From Cyanophyceae cyanobacterium (GTDB taxonomy: Bacteria; Cyanobacteriota; Cyanobacteriia; Cyanobacteriales; JBHJGN01): DNA of 64,000 nt. The notes beneath the pieces are model-generated. The model was not told the DNA's origin, did no database searches, and saw only the letters and a list, made by a program, of their open reading frames with translations. The stretch spans positions 43,526 to 107,525 of the forward strand of contig JBHJGN010000007.1 in NCBI GenBank assembly GCA_050331735.1, read 5' to 3'. Position numbers and translations under genes: made by a program. Shown here one piece after another: positions 18,723-31,060 of this stretch (positions within the stretch are counted from its first letter, which is position 1; each line of letters starts with the position of its first letter).

Positions 18723-19027
18723 TTCAACCCTGTAAAACAAGCCAAGAGCCAGTATGTTGAGTCTGGCAAAAATTCAATTTCAGTAATGCTCTTCGATTTT
18801 AACGAAGTCATACCAAATCCAGTTTAGATAACCGACTTAAAAATTAGGCGAGGCAGGGGGCAGGAGTCAGACGGCAGGAGGGTTTGACAAGGAAGAAGAA
18901 AGAGGTGTGAGATTCGGATTTGGTGCCAGAGGCAGCTCCGTTGCTTTTGGGTAAAGCAGTGCTGCGCCAGTGTTCCCTCAAGGAGAGCTACAGCGAGGCA
19001 ACACTGCTGGCTCTTTTGGTCTGAGTG

Positions 19028-19981
19028 CTACTCTCGGTTTAGTTCTAGGCTGTCGTCGTCTATTCTGCCATTGACCTCGGCGAGGGTCTCTTGGGTTTTC
19101 CGATGTTCCTTTTCAATGGGTTTGAGCACCGATTTAGGAAGCTGGTCGGCTTTAGCTAAGGCTTGCTCAAAATAACCAAACGCTTCCTCTAGCAGCGCTA
19201 CACTCTCTGCTTCTCGTTGAGCAAGCTTACTCTGATGGCGCAGCAGATGTCCCTTTAAATACAGCAGCTCTGGATTATCGGGAGACGACTGAAGCGCCTG
19301 TTCAGCAAATTTTAAAGCGCGATCGTACTGTTCTAAGTCTCGATAAGCCACCGCAATGCCTCGGTCTACCAAATAGTCCGGAGCCGCGTACTCCTGGAGG
19401 CGTTCGATGGCATCCCCAGGACTAGAAAACGGGAGATTGACAGCTAAAATGAGATCCAGATATCCTTTGATTAAATTCAGCTCCGGGTCGTTGGCGGCAC
19501 TATCTTCTGCTTTGTCAAGATGCTGAAGCACTCGCTGAAGCTTGCTGATGGCTCCGATAATATCGTCTTTGGTAATAAAGTTGTAAGACCCTTCGAGAAA
19601 ATGACCGACCGCTAAATAGAGGTTGCCCCGCAGGGGATCTTGAGCACTGAGCTGAGCGGCTGTTTGAAGAGTTTTGTCTGCATAAATTTTGAGAGTTTCC
19701 CAATCTTCTTCTAGGTAGCTTAGAGAAGCCTGCATCGCGTGGACGAGAGGTTCATCGCGTTCAGTGTCTTCTGCGGCGCGGAGGTAAGATTTGGCGGCTT
19801 GATAGTCTCCTGCTTTAAACAGAGCTTCAAAAGCGGCTTCGGTTTCCTCCCCAATGTTGCGCGGGTTCCTCGTTCGAAACGGATCTCCAGCCAGAGCCGA
19901 GCTGCCCCACACGCTGAGCATCATCGCCACCCCAGAACAAGTCATCAGAACCTTTAATAGACTAAACCGAACGTTTCTCAT
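19028..19981 (-). CDS. Periplasmic TPR-repeat protein (Sll0314/Alr1548-like)
   Basis: Signal peptide ending 'ALA-GDPFR', 'DPLRGNLYLAVGHFLEG', 'DPELNLIKGYLDL', TPR-like helices. Confidence 0.75.
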   Translation of the reverse strand: MRNVRFSLLKVLMTCSGVAMMLSVWGSSALAGDPFRTRNPRNIGEETEAAFEALFKAGDYQAAKSYLRAAEDTERDEPLVHAMQASLSYLEEDWETLKIYADKTLQTAAQLSAQDPLRGNLYLAVGHFLEGSYNFITKDDIIGAISKLQRVLQHLDKAEDSAANDPELNLIKGYLDLILAVNLPFSSPGDAIERLQEYAAPDYLVDRGIAVAYRDLEQYDRALKFAEQALQSSPDNPELLYLKGHLLRHQSKLAQREAESVALLEEAFGYFEQALAKADQLPKSVLKPIEKEHRKTQETLAEVNGRIDDDSLELNRE

Positions 19982-20114
19982 CGTGTTGGTATCAGTAGGG
20001 TTTCATGGGTGTTGGCGGAGCTGTCGGTCGTGCAGAAGCTTTAAAGGCGATCGCCACGAACCGTAGCTGTCAGTGTCACAATAAAGATCGGCCCGATTGC
20101 TCAACTAGTATTGG

Positions 20115-20762
20115 ATGCTCTATCTAAAAAATTTAGTCTATCATCCCCCGGCGACACCTACGCCGATCCTGCAAGGAATCAACTTGGAACTAGCTCCTCA
20201 GCAGTTAGGACTGATAGTTGGTCCTAGCGGTTCCGGCAAAACGACGCTGCTAGAAATTTTGGCTGGGCTAGCAGAAAAAACGGACGGAGAAATTTTCTGG
20301 CGCACTCAGGCACTTACGCCTCTTCATCTCCAGCAGCTAGGAGGCATTGTGTTTCAATTTCCAGAACGGCATTTTTGTGGCAAAACCATTTTAGAGGAGC
20401 TGCGGCTCGGGCATCCCGAACTAGGCCGAGAACGGGTTAAAGAAGCTCTCAGCGAGGTGGGGCTAGAGCATCTTGCTTTCGAGACGCCGCCTCACCTTTT
20501 AAGCGGCGGACAGCAAAGACGGCTGGCCCTTGCTGTTCAGTTAATTCGCCAACCGAATCTGCTGATGCTGGACGAACCCACGGCGGGGCTAGACTGGTCT
20601 ATGCGCCGTCAGTTAGTGAAGCTGCTGGCAAAACTGAAAACCCACTGGACGCTTCTGGTGGTGACCCATGACGCGGGGGAACTCCTCAAAATTGCTGACT
20701 GCTGCTGGCAGATTCATCACGGTAAACTAGAGCCTGTAACGCTGGAGACCAGTGACCAGTGA
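20115..20762 (+). CDS. ABC transporter ATP-binding protein (CbiO/EcfA-like)
   Basis: 'GPSGSGKTT', 'VFQFPE', 'LSGGQQRR', 'LDEPTAGLD', 'VTHD'. Confidence 0.88.
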   Translation: MLYLKNLVYHPPATPTPILQGINLELAPQQLGLIVGPSGSGKTTLLEILAGLAEKTDGEIFWRTQALTPLHLQQLGGIVFQFPERHFCGKTILEELRLGHPELGRERVKEALSEVGLEHLAFETPPHLLSGGQQRRLALAVQLIRQPNLLMLDEPTAGLDWSMRRQLVKLLAKLKTHWTLLVVTHDAGELLKIADCCWQIHHGKLEPVTLETSDQ

Positions 20763-20767
20763 CCAGT
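20747..20767. repeat. Heptamer tandem repeat (GACCAGT)x3
   Basis: Three exact copies spanning the stop codon of the ABC ATPase gene. Confidence 0.7.
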
Positions 20768-20847
20768 TAAGCAAGCAATTTGTTAACTCGCTCCCCGCTC
20801 CCCAATAACAATTGGTAACTGGCTTAACGACGATTGAGGACAAGAAG

Positions 20848-21444
20848 CTATCCTGGAGAGACCATTCGCACTAGCAGACCCAGAATGGGCGGCACTGGGG
20901 GCAGGGGATAATCAATCAAATCGATGGTAATGATTTGTTTGTTGAGCTGCAAAAAACGCCATTGGGTGCCACTGCTGATGCAGCCGTAAATCGTTGAAAT
21001 GTTTTGCTGCTTTGCTTCGTTGAATCTTTGAGCGGCAACCATTTCGGCAACACATTGACCGAGACCTAACGTGAGATCGGCTTTTTTGGCTTCTACCATC
21101 ATGACGACAGGGGCCTGAACAAGCAGTCTTTCGGCAGAGCGACTGAGAATAAAGTCGCAGACTCCGTTTAAACCCATACTGGAATCGACGTTAAACTCTT
21201 CTCCAGAAAACAGGCTCACTCCTGGCTGAAGGATTCGTTTGACCTCTAGCAGGACTGGATAAATAATGCTTTCTGAGCGGGCTTTCTCACTAGCTGAGCC
21301 AGTCAGCGGTAAGCTCTCTTGAAGAAAGGCGGCTAGAGTTGCTGACGGTTCGATCGGTTGAGCAGTCAGAAATCCTTCTCCATCGACGAGAGACAAGTTA
21401 AAGCGTTCCACAGCTTCTTGGAGAGTAAACTGGCTATAGGGCAC
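20848..21444 (-). CDS. Conserved cyanobacterial PD-(D/E)xK-like hypothetical protein (HsdR N-terminal-like)
   Basis: 'SEKARSESII', 'GVCDFIL', 'VEAKK', 'GQCVAEM', 'YGCISSGTQWRFL'. Confidence 0.65.
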   Translation of the reverse strand: MPYSQFTLQEAVERFNLSLVDGEGFLTAQPIEPSATLAAFLQESLPLTGSASEKARSESIIYPVLLEVKRILQPGVSLFSGEEFNVDSSMGLNGVCDFILSRSAERLLVQAPVVMMVEAKKADLTLGLGQCVAEMVAAQRFNEAKQQNISTIYGCISSGTQWRFLQLNKQIITIDLIDYPLPPVPPILGLLVRMVSPG

Positions 21445-21557
21445 CTTGTTACTCCTTCATCTAAGGTCATAGATTTTGGGGTGGAGCGGTTGAGTGAGGA
21501 AACCCTCGTTACTGTTGACCATTGGTGGCAGGAAACCTAACCTTGAAATAGAAAATT

Positions 21558-22310
21558 ATGTCTGTCTACAACCCATCCCCACTGATGAACCTGCCGGACT
21601 TGAATCAGATTTGGCAGACTTTAGCGTGGCAGCCAAATGAGCATCAGCAGCAGCAGTTTCAACAGCTCTATCAAGCAATCCTAGCAGGAAACAGTCAGTT
21701 CAATCTGACGCGCATTGTTGCTCCTGATGATTTTTGGGAAAAGCATCTGTGGGATTCTGTGGCGGGGGTGATGGACTATCAATTAGCGCCTGCTGCTTTC
21801 AAAGCAATTGATATTGGCACAGGAGCCGGGTTTCCTGGAGTTCCTCTTGCGATCGCCTATCCAGACTGGCACGTTACGTTACTCGACTCTACCGGCAAAA
21901 AAATCCGCTTTCTGCAATCCCTCCTGACTCAGCTAGACCTCAAGGCCACTGCCCTTAACAGTAGAGCAGAAGCGGTTGGTCAGCACCCGGACCATCGAGA
22001 ATCCTACGACATCGCCGTGGTGAGAGCAGTCGGGGCGGCGGTCGTGTGTGCGGAATATGCGCTGCCGCTATTGCAAATCGGAGGTTTAGCCGTGCTCTAT
22101 CGCGGTCGCTGGAGTGAGGAAGAACAGCTCGCTCTTCAGTACGCTGTAGAGCAGCTCGGCGCTGAGATTGAAGGGATTCGTTCATTAACGACTCCTCTGA
22201 GTCAAAGTATTCGTCACTGCGTTTACCTCCGCAAGCGCTCCTCAACGCCGTCTCAGTTTCCTCGCGCTGTCGGAGTGCCCCCACAGCAGCCGCTGACCAT
22301 TAATTTTTAG
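21558..22310 (+). CDS. rsmG: 16S rRNA (guanine527-N7)-methyltransferase
   Basis: 'NLTRI', 'KHLWDS', 'DIGTGAGFPG', 'LLDS..KK', 'RAE', 'VRAV'. Confidence 0.95.
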   Translation: MSVYNPSPLMNLPDLNQIWQTLAWQPNEHQQQQFQQLYQAILAGNSQFNLTRIVAPDDFWEKHLWDSVAGVMDYQLAPAAFKAIDIGTGAGFPGVPLAIAYPDWHVTLLDSTGKKIRFLQSLLTQLDLKATALNSRAEAVGQHPDHRESYDIAVVRAVGAAVVCAEYALPLLQIGGLAVLYRGRWSEEEQLALQYAVEQLGAEIEGIRSLTTPLSQSIRHCVYLRKRSSTPSQFPRAVGVPPQQPLTINF

Positions 22311-22332
22311 TTGTCGTTATTGATGTTGAAGA

Positions 22333-22665
22333 ATGAACAGAAAATTTCAGGTCATTGCTATCTTAGTCATGTTGGTCTGGGGACTAGTCAGTGGAGAGGC
22401 AACGGCGGCAGAGACAGAAGCCGGAGCGATTTTTAGAGTCAACTGTGCGGGCTGTCATCCTCACGGAGGAAACATTATTAGAAGAGGGAAAAACCTCCAC
22501 CTCAGAGCCCTACATAAAAACGGTGTCGATTCCCAGGAGGCGATCGCGTTTCTCGTTACCCACGGCAAAAATAATATGCCCGCCTATGGAGAACGCTTAA
22601 GCCCCGAACAAATTGAAGCTGTTTCTGCCTACGTGCTCGAACAAGCGCAGCATCGCTGGCGATAA
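22333..22665 (+). CDS. Cytochrome c6-family protein (c6C/PetJ2-like)
   Basis: Signal peptide, heme motif 'CAGCH', 'GGNII', axial Met in 'NMPAYG'. Confidence 0.88.
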   Translation: MNRKFQVIAILVMLVWGLVSGEATAAETEAGAIFRVNCAGCHPHGGNIIRRGKNLHLRALHKNGVDSQEAIAFLVTHGKNNMPAYGERLSPEQIEAVSAYVLEQAQHRWR

Positions 22666-23015
22666 CCAGCTCACTCGCACCCAGCGAAGACTCGGCTGAC
22701 AGGCTCAGTTGAGCTGATGGTTGCTCGTTTAGTGTTCCTCACCTTTTCCTACTCCGTCAGTAGGCAGCAGAGAACTCGCCTTTTGCCCAACTCTCGCTGC
22801 CTAGCCTCACCCTGTTCAACGTCTAGCTAGTAACATCTCTCTCAATTCGATCTCTGCCACAGCCTAAAAAATTTGCGGACACTTTTCCCAAAAAAGCTCA
22901 ATACGGCGCGATACATGCCAAAATTATGAGAATTTGCTAAGTATTTTCTCAGAGGGTTAATTTTGGCCGTCGAATTGGGAAGCATGGATTCATCAACCAA
23001 CCTCCATGGACCCAC

Positions 23016-25583
23016 ATGATTCGCTCAACCTCCGCTACCGCCAGCAGACGCGATCGCCCGTACGCTTTCATGTTGCTCACTAGTTTGATGGCGATGCTTG
23101 TTGCAGCAATGACCTCATCCTTGAGCCTAGGGACAACAATATTTTGGATGCTGTTGCTGCTGTTGGGGGTGGGGGCACATCATTCAATGAGGTATCAGCA
23201 GGCCCAAAGAATGGGGGCCAAGCGAGAGCACTATCTCGCCGCTTTGATGGCGGTTAAGCAGGAATTGTTAACGAATTTCGTGTGCGAATCCTGCGAAGCT
23301 TGTTTTTTAAATCTGCTGAAACCGCTGGGTCAGGCTTCAGGAGCCAGCCGAATTTGTATTTTTGAATTCCAAAACCTCAATCAGCACTTGATTTTGAGGG
23401 CCGAATGGCGCACCGCAGACCGGAACGCCCATAGCAGTAGCCTAACTTGGCAACGCTGTATTACTTGTCAGTTCCCTCGGTGGAAAACTTCGCTATCGCG
23501 AGGAAAAGTTCTTTGGGAGACGATTGATTCTCCATCTCCGACTACGGTATTGCTGTTACCGATTATGGTTCATGAAGAGCTGTTTGGCTTTCTCAGCTTC
23601 GAGAATTCTCCCCAGGCGCAGCCCTGGAAGCCCTGGGAAGTCGATCTGCTCATCGCCTCAGCGGAGGCCATTTCTCTAGCTCAGGAGCGCCTCCAGGCCG
23701 AAACAAAGCTCCGACAGCTCAACGCCAAGCTTGAACTGTGGGTCCAAAAACGAACTGCGGCCCTGAATCGGGCTGTGGTCAAGTTACGGCGCGAAGTTAC
23801 TGAGCGCCAGCACACCGAGAAAGCTCTTGAGAATTCCCTCTCTTTGCTCCAGGCCACTTTGGAATCGGCCTTCGACGGGATTCTCGTTGTAGATCGTACC
23901 GCCAGAATTGCGAGCTTTAATCAAAAATACGTGCAGATGTGGCATCTGCCCCAGTCTGCTATTACGCTACACGGCAATGTAGAAACAGCCTTCGCCCTAT
24001 CGTCAGAGCAGCTAGCAGCTCCAGAAAAATTTATTGCTCAAGTCAGAGCTCTTGACGCGCAGCCAGAAGCAGAAAGTTACGACGTTCTAGAGCTCAAAGA
24101 TGGCAGAATCATCGAGCGCTACTCTCAACCTCAGCGCCTCGGTCAACAAGTGGTCGGTAGGGTGTGGAGCTTTCGCGATGTCACCGCCAGCAGGCAGGCT
24201 GAAAAAACCATTTCATACCAAGCGTGGCACGATCTGCTCACTCAGCTTCCCAACCGGGCTTCTTTTGATGATAAACTGGCCCAGTCTCTCACTTTGGCGC
24301 GACAAAACCACGGCAAGCTGGCGGTCTGTTTTTTAGACTTAGACCGCTTCAAGGCCATTAACGATACTCTCGGCCATCCCATCGGCGATCGCCTCCTTCA
24401 AGATGTGGCCCAAAGACTGACAAACTGCCTGCGGGACGACGACATCTTGGCTCGCTGGGGAGGTGATGAGTTTACGCTGCTGCTGCCCCAGATTCACGGG
24501 GTAGACGATGCTGCCAAAATTGCCAAGAGAATTTTGGAATCTCTCAAGCCAACTTTTACCATTGAAGGCCATCAACTGCGCATTAGCAGCAGTATTGGGA
24601 TTTCACTCTATCCTGATGACGGCACAGATGCTCAAACTTTGATCAAAAATGCCGACGCCGCTCTCTATCGAGCCAAAGAGCAAGGACGCAATAACTATCG
24701 CTTCTACAACTCAGTAATGAATAAAGGGACGGCTCTACTCGTCCTGGAAAACGACCTCCACCAGGCTTTAGAGCGGGCAGAATTTTTCATCTCCTATCAG
24801 CCACAGGTGGAGGTTGAATCTGGAACCATTACGCAAATGGAAGCCTTAGTGGGCTGGCAGCACCCCTCCCTGGGCCTAGTGTCTCCGCGAGCGTTTTTGC
24901 CCCTCGCTGAAGACAGTGGACTGATTGTTGCCATTGGGGAGTGGGTTCTGAAAACCGCCTGCCGTCAACTTAAAGCTTGGCACAATGCTGGGATGACTAA
25001 CCTTCGGGTGGCCGTCAATCTTTCTGCTAGGCAGTTTCAGCAGCCTAACCTGGTTGAAATGGTTGAGGATATTTTGTCCGCAACCGAGCTATCGCCACAG
25101 TTTTTAGAGCTAGAAATCACCGAGACGACGGCGATGCAAAACGTGGAACTCACCCGGACAACTCTCATGAATCTACAGAAAATGGGCGTGAGTATTGCGA
25201 TGGATGATTTTGGGACCGGGTATTCTGCCCTCGGCTATCTGAAAAAGTTCCCGATTCAAACTCTTAAAATCGACGAGTGTTTTGTGCGGGATCTGATTCA
25301 TAATCCTGATGACGTGGCCATTATTATGGCGATTTTAGCGTTAGGACATCGCCTCAATTTAAGAGTGGTCGCCGAAGGAGTCGAAACTCAGGAGTTGAAG
25401 GAGCTGTTGAGCGAGTTACAGTGCCAGCATATGCAGGGATACTTCTTTAGCTGTCCGCTAGCGACAACGGATGCCACGAAACTATTAGTTCATCAACAAG
25501 AAAGGCAATCACAATGCTCCCGAATGCCTCCGGAAACGTTCTGCCAATGGGAGCACTCTACCACTCGGAATTGCTCCGCATGA
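23016..25583 (+). CDS. Membrane-anchored GAF-PAS-GGDEF-EAL protein
   Basis: Two N-terminal TM segments, GAF-like and PAS regions, 'DLDRFKAIND', 'WGGDEF', 'EALVGW', 'ELEITE', 'DDFGTGYS', 'AEGVE'. Confidence 0.92.
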   Translation: MIRSTSATASRRDRPYAFMLLTSLMAMLVAAMTSSLSLGTTIFWMLLLLLGVGAHHSMRYQQAQRMGAKREHYLAALMAVKQELLTNFVCESCEACFLNLLKPLGQASGASRICIFEFQNLNQHLILRAEWRTADRNAHSSSLTWQRCITCQFPRWKTSLSRGKVLWETIDSPSPTTVLLLPIMVHEELFGFLSFENSPQAQPWKPWEVDLLIASAEAISLAQERLQAETKLRQLNAKLELWVQKRTAALNRAVVKLRREVTERQHTEKALENSLSLLQATLESAFDGILVVDRTARIASFNQKYVQMWHLPQSAITLHGNVETAFALSSEQLAAPEKFIAQVRALDAQPEAESYDVLELKDGRIIERYSQPQRLGQQVVGRVWSFRDVTASRQAEKTISYQAWHDLLTQLPNRASFDDKLAQSLTLARQNHGKLAVCFLDLDRFKAINDTLGHPIGDRLLQDVAQRLTNCLRDDDILARWGGDEFTLLLPQIHGVDDAAKIAKRILESLKPTFTIEGHQLRISSSIGISLYPDDGTDAQTLIKNADAALYRAKEQGRNNYRFYNSVMNKGTALLVLENDLHQALERAEFFISYQPQVEVESGTITQMEALVGWQHPSLGLVSPRAFLPLAEDSGLIVAIGEWVLKTACRQLKAWHNAGMTNLRVAVNLSARQFQQPNLVEMVEDILSATELSPQFLELEITETTAMQNVELTRTTLMNLQKMGVSIAMDDFGTGYSALGYLKKFPIQTLKIDECFVRDLIHNPDDVAIIMAILALGHRLNLRVVAEGVETQELKELLSELQCQHMQGYFFSCPLATTDATKLLVHQQERQSQCSRMPPETFCQWEHSTTRNCSA

Positions 25584-25626
25584 GGCGGAACGGGCTTCTC
25601 CTCGACGGCTCTAGAGCGGTCGTTGG

Positions 25627-26673
25627 CTAAACGCCTTTGAAGCCTACGGCTGTTTCCATGTCGTCTGCGGCAGCAGTCCTAGCCACCTCAGAAGCCTGAC
25701 GACGAGAAATCCCGAGCTGGTTAAGCATAATACCTATAAGAATCACAGAACCGCCGATATACTGAGCCGCTGTTGGTGTTTCTCCAAGGATCAGAGCTGC
25801 GGCTAAAATTCCGGCGATGGGACTAAACGAACTCGCCAGAGAATAGTCTGAGGTTGTGGTTCGTCTTAGCCCGGTATACAGCAGAACTTGACCGCTAGCC
25901 ACGATAATAATTCCATAGACAAGCATCCATTGCCAGAGCAACGGCGAGAAAACATCTCGAAAGTGTTCTGGTCCATACAAGATGACGGCAGCGACCCAAA
26001 AAATGACCGTTCCTAATGCGGTTCGGAAGATGCTGAAGATGCCTAGGGGCACTTCTCCCAGTGCGGCTTTGCTGATGATGGTCGAAACAGCCAAAGCGAT
26101 CGCCCCCACCACCGCTAGCAGTTCTCCTCGGCCAATCTCTAGTCCGGCCATGGTCATCATCGGCTCACTAGCTGGCTGAAGCAGGATCGTCAACACAACG
26201 CCTCCAAAAGCGACCACGGCTCCCGCCATAATGAGCCCGTTGACCCGTTCTTTCAGCAACAGCACCGAGAGGGCTAAACTCAGCGGCGGTCCGATGCGCC
26301 CAATCAAAATCACGTTATTGACAGTGGTAATGTCTAGGGCAATGAATGTCAAAGCAGGAGCCAGCGTTCCCGAAAGCAGGGCGACTCCCGACATCCCGAG
26401 CCAGTCTTGAGGAGAAAGCGACTGGAGATGACGAGGTGACCACTGGCGATAGTAGAGAGGAATTAGGGCAAACAGAGCGCACAGATTACCAACAAACAGA
26501 ACGTTGCAGAAAGAAATTGGGTTTCTCCCGTCAACCAGATTGGTTTCTCCAATGAGAGTAAGCTGGCGTACGACTGCATTGGCAGCGGCAAACAGCATAA
26601 TCGCCGTTAGTAGATAAGCGCGTCCCGGAACTCGATCGAGAAGCACTGAAGCGCGAGCAGCAAACTTGGACAT
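25627..26673 (-). CDS. DMT/EamA family transporter
   Basis: About 10 hydrophobic helices in two repeats; 'NPISFCNVLFVGN', 'LLKER', 'ILGE.P..AQYIGG'. Confidence 0.85.
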   Translation of the reverse strand: MSKFAARASVLLDRVPGRAYLLTAIMLFAAANAVVRQLTLIGETNLVDGRNPISFCNVLFVGNLCALFALIPLYYRQWSPRHLQSLSPQDWLGMSGVALLSGTLAPALTFIALDITTVNNVILIGRIGPPLSLALSVLLLKERVNGLIMAGAVVAFGGVVLTILLQPASEPMMTMAGLEIGRGELLAVVGAIALAVSTIISKAALGEVPLGIFSIFRTALGTVIFWVAAVILYGPEHFRDVFSPLLWQWMLVYGIIIVASGQVLLYTGLRRTTTSDYSLASSFSPIAGILAAALILGETPTAAQYIGGSVILIGIMLNQLGISRRQASEVARTAAADDMETAVGFKGV

Positions 26674-26761
26674 AAAGCCGATTTATTCAGAGCGTTACGC
26701 TCAGTAGAAATAGTTACACCCTACTTTGACACGCCGGTTGAATCATTAAAACTGTCTGAGA

Positions 26762-27175
26762 TTATCTGACCAATCGCTGATATTCTCTTTTGATGCAGGT
26801 GTCCGTGATTAAGTTGATCCGGCTCAACGCTTTTTGAGCAGCGCGGTCATCAGAAACACCGAGCTGTGCCCAGACGGTTTGAACCCCAACAGCGATCGCC
26901 TCTTCGACAATCTCTGCCAAACAGTCGGAACGACGAAACACATTGACCAAATTAGGGACTTCTGGCAGTTCTCGCAGACAAGAATAGCTCGGCTGACCGT
27001 CAATTTCTTTGACCATTGGATTAACCGGATAAACTAGGTAGCCAACATCGCGCAGAAATTGAGCAATCTGATAGCTCGTTCGGCTCGGCTTGTCTGAATG
27101 ACCAACAACAGCGATCGTTTGGGTCTGCATCAGCACCTCCCGCAGTACCTGGTCATCCTGGTTTAAATTCGGCAT
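26762..27175 (-). CDS. CoA-binding protein (YccU-like)
   Basis: 'IAVVGHSDKPSRTSY', 'YPVNP', 'VFRRS', 'WAQLG'. Confidence 0.88.
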   Translation of the reverse strand: MPNLNQDDQVLREVLMQTQTIAVVGHSDKPSRTSYQIAQFLRDVGYLVYPVNPMVKEIDGQPSYSCLRELPEVPNLVNVFRRSDCLAEIVEEAIAVGVQTVWAQLGVSDDRAAQKALSRINLITDTCIKREYQRLVR

Positions 27176-27363
27176 CTTCGTCGCTGTTGATTGTGCATTT
27201 TTATAGTCTATCGTCTACCCAAAGCCATCAGGGTTTGAAGCGTTTAAACTAAGAGAAGCTCTTCGCTATTAGTCGTGAGCCATTGGCTAATTGGCGCTTT
27301 AGGAAAGCTAAGAGCTAATTGCTAACAGCTATCTTGAAGCTAAAAGCCCACGCTTCCCCCTGA

Positions 27364-29975
<2,612 letters not shown>

Positions 29976-30130
29976 ACTTTTATTAACTTATTACAACTTT
30001 CAAAAAACTTTCTCTTAACGAGCGTAACAGACAGAACTGAAAGCCTTTTCCCCAAGAAGGGGACTCAATCGAGTTGATTAAATCATCCCGCTCTGTAGAG
30101 AATGGAAACTAACTTTTGTCTCCTTAGTTA

Positions 30131-30985
30131 ATGCAATTTCCTGCGCTCATTGTTGATTCCCACTGCCACAATGCAGAAGGCCCTCTATGGCATCCTTTTG
30201 AGGAGTGTCTGTACTGGACAGATATTCCTCGCGGTTTGTTGTTTCGCTATGACCCGGCGACTGGTGCCACCGAGCAAGTTTACTCTGGAGAACCGGTCGG
30301 CGGCTACACAATTCAAACCGATGGCGCACTCCTCCTGTTTAAAGCGCGGGGAGTGATTGAAAGATGGCATCACGGCAAGAGTACAGTAGTCATTCCTGAA
30401 ATCCCCGATGAACGAGATACTCGCTTCAATGATGTCATTGCCGATCCGGTCGGGCGTGTCTATTGCGGCACGATGCCCAGTTCTCAAAGTTTAGCAAGGC
30501 TCTACCGCCTGAATATTGATGGTTCCCTGGAGTTGATTCTAGAGAATATTGGACTGGCGAACGGGATGGGATTTACCCTCGACCGTCAGCAGTTTTACTT
30601 TACAGACTCGATTGCGAGGAAAATCTACCGTTTTGACTACGATATGGAAACCGGAGAGCTAAGTAATCAAACGGCTTTAATTTCTATCCCGACCGAGGAA
30701 GGAGTCCCAGACGGCATGACGGTTGATGCGCAGGGACATATTTGGTCCGCTCGCTATGATGGTAGCCATCTGTATCGCTACTCCCCCAAGGGAACAGAAA
30801 CGCTCCGTCTTCCTTTCCCGACTCAAAAGATTACTAGCGTTACCTTCGGTGGCTCAGATTACCGACAAATGTATATTACGACAGGTGGTGGGGATATTTG
30901 GCAAGAAGGAGGAGCCGGGGGAATCTTTCACATCGATCTCGATATTCAAGGAATACCAGAATTCTTTAGTCAAATTAGGAACTGA
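30131..30985 (+). CDS. SMP-30/gluconolactonase/LRE family protein
   Basis: 'EGPLW', 'LYWTDI', 'RFND...DPVGR', 'NGMGF', 'PDGMTVD', 'TSVTFGG'. Confidence 0.92.
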   Translation: MQFPALIVDSHCHNAEGPLWHPFEECLYWTDIPRGLLFRYDPATGATEQVYSGEPVGGYTIQTDGALLLFKARGVIERWHHGKSTVVIPEIPDERDTRFNDVIADPVGRVYCGTMPSSQSLARLYRLNIDGSLELILENIGLANGMGFTLDRQQFYFTDSIARKIYRFDYDMETGELSNQTALISIPTEEGVPDGMTVDAQGHIWSARYDGSHLYRYSPKGTETLRLPFPTQKITSVTFGGSDYRQMYITTGGGDIWQEGGAGGIFHIDLDIQGIPEFFSQIRN

Positions 30986-31060
30986 TAGGAACGAGACAAG
31001 CACAACTATTTCTACACGATTTTTGAGCGGGGACTCTTAAGCAAGAAGGACGCTAGAGCA

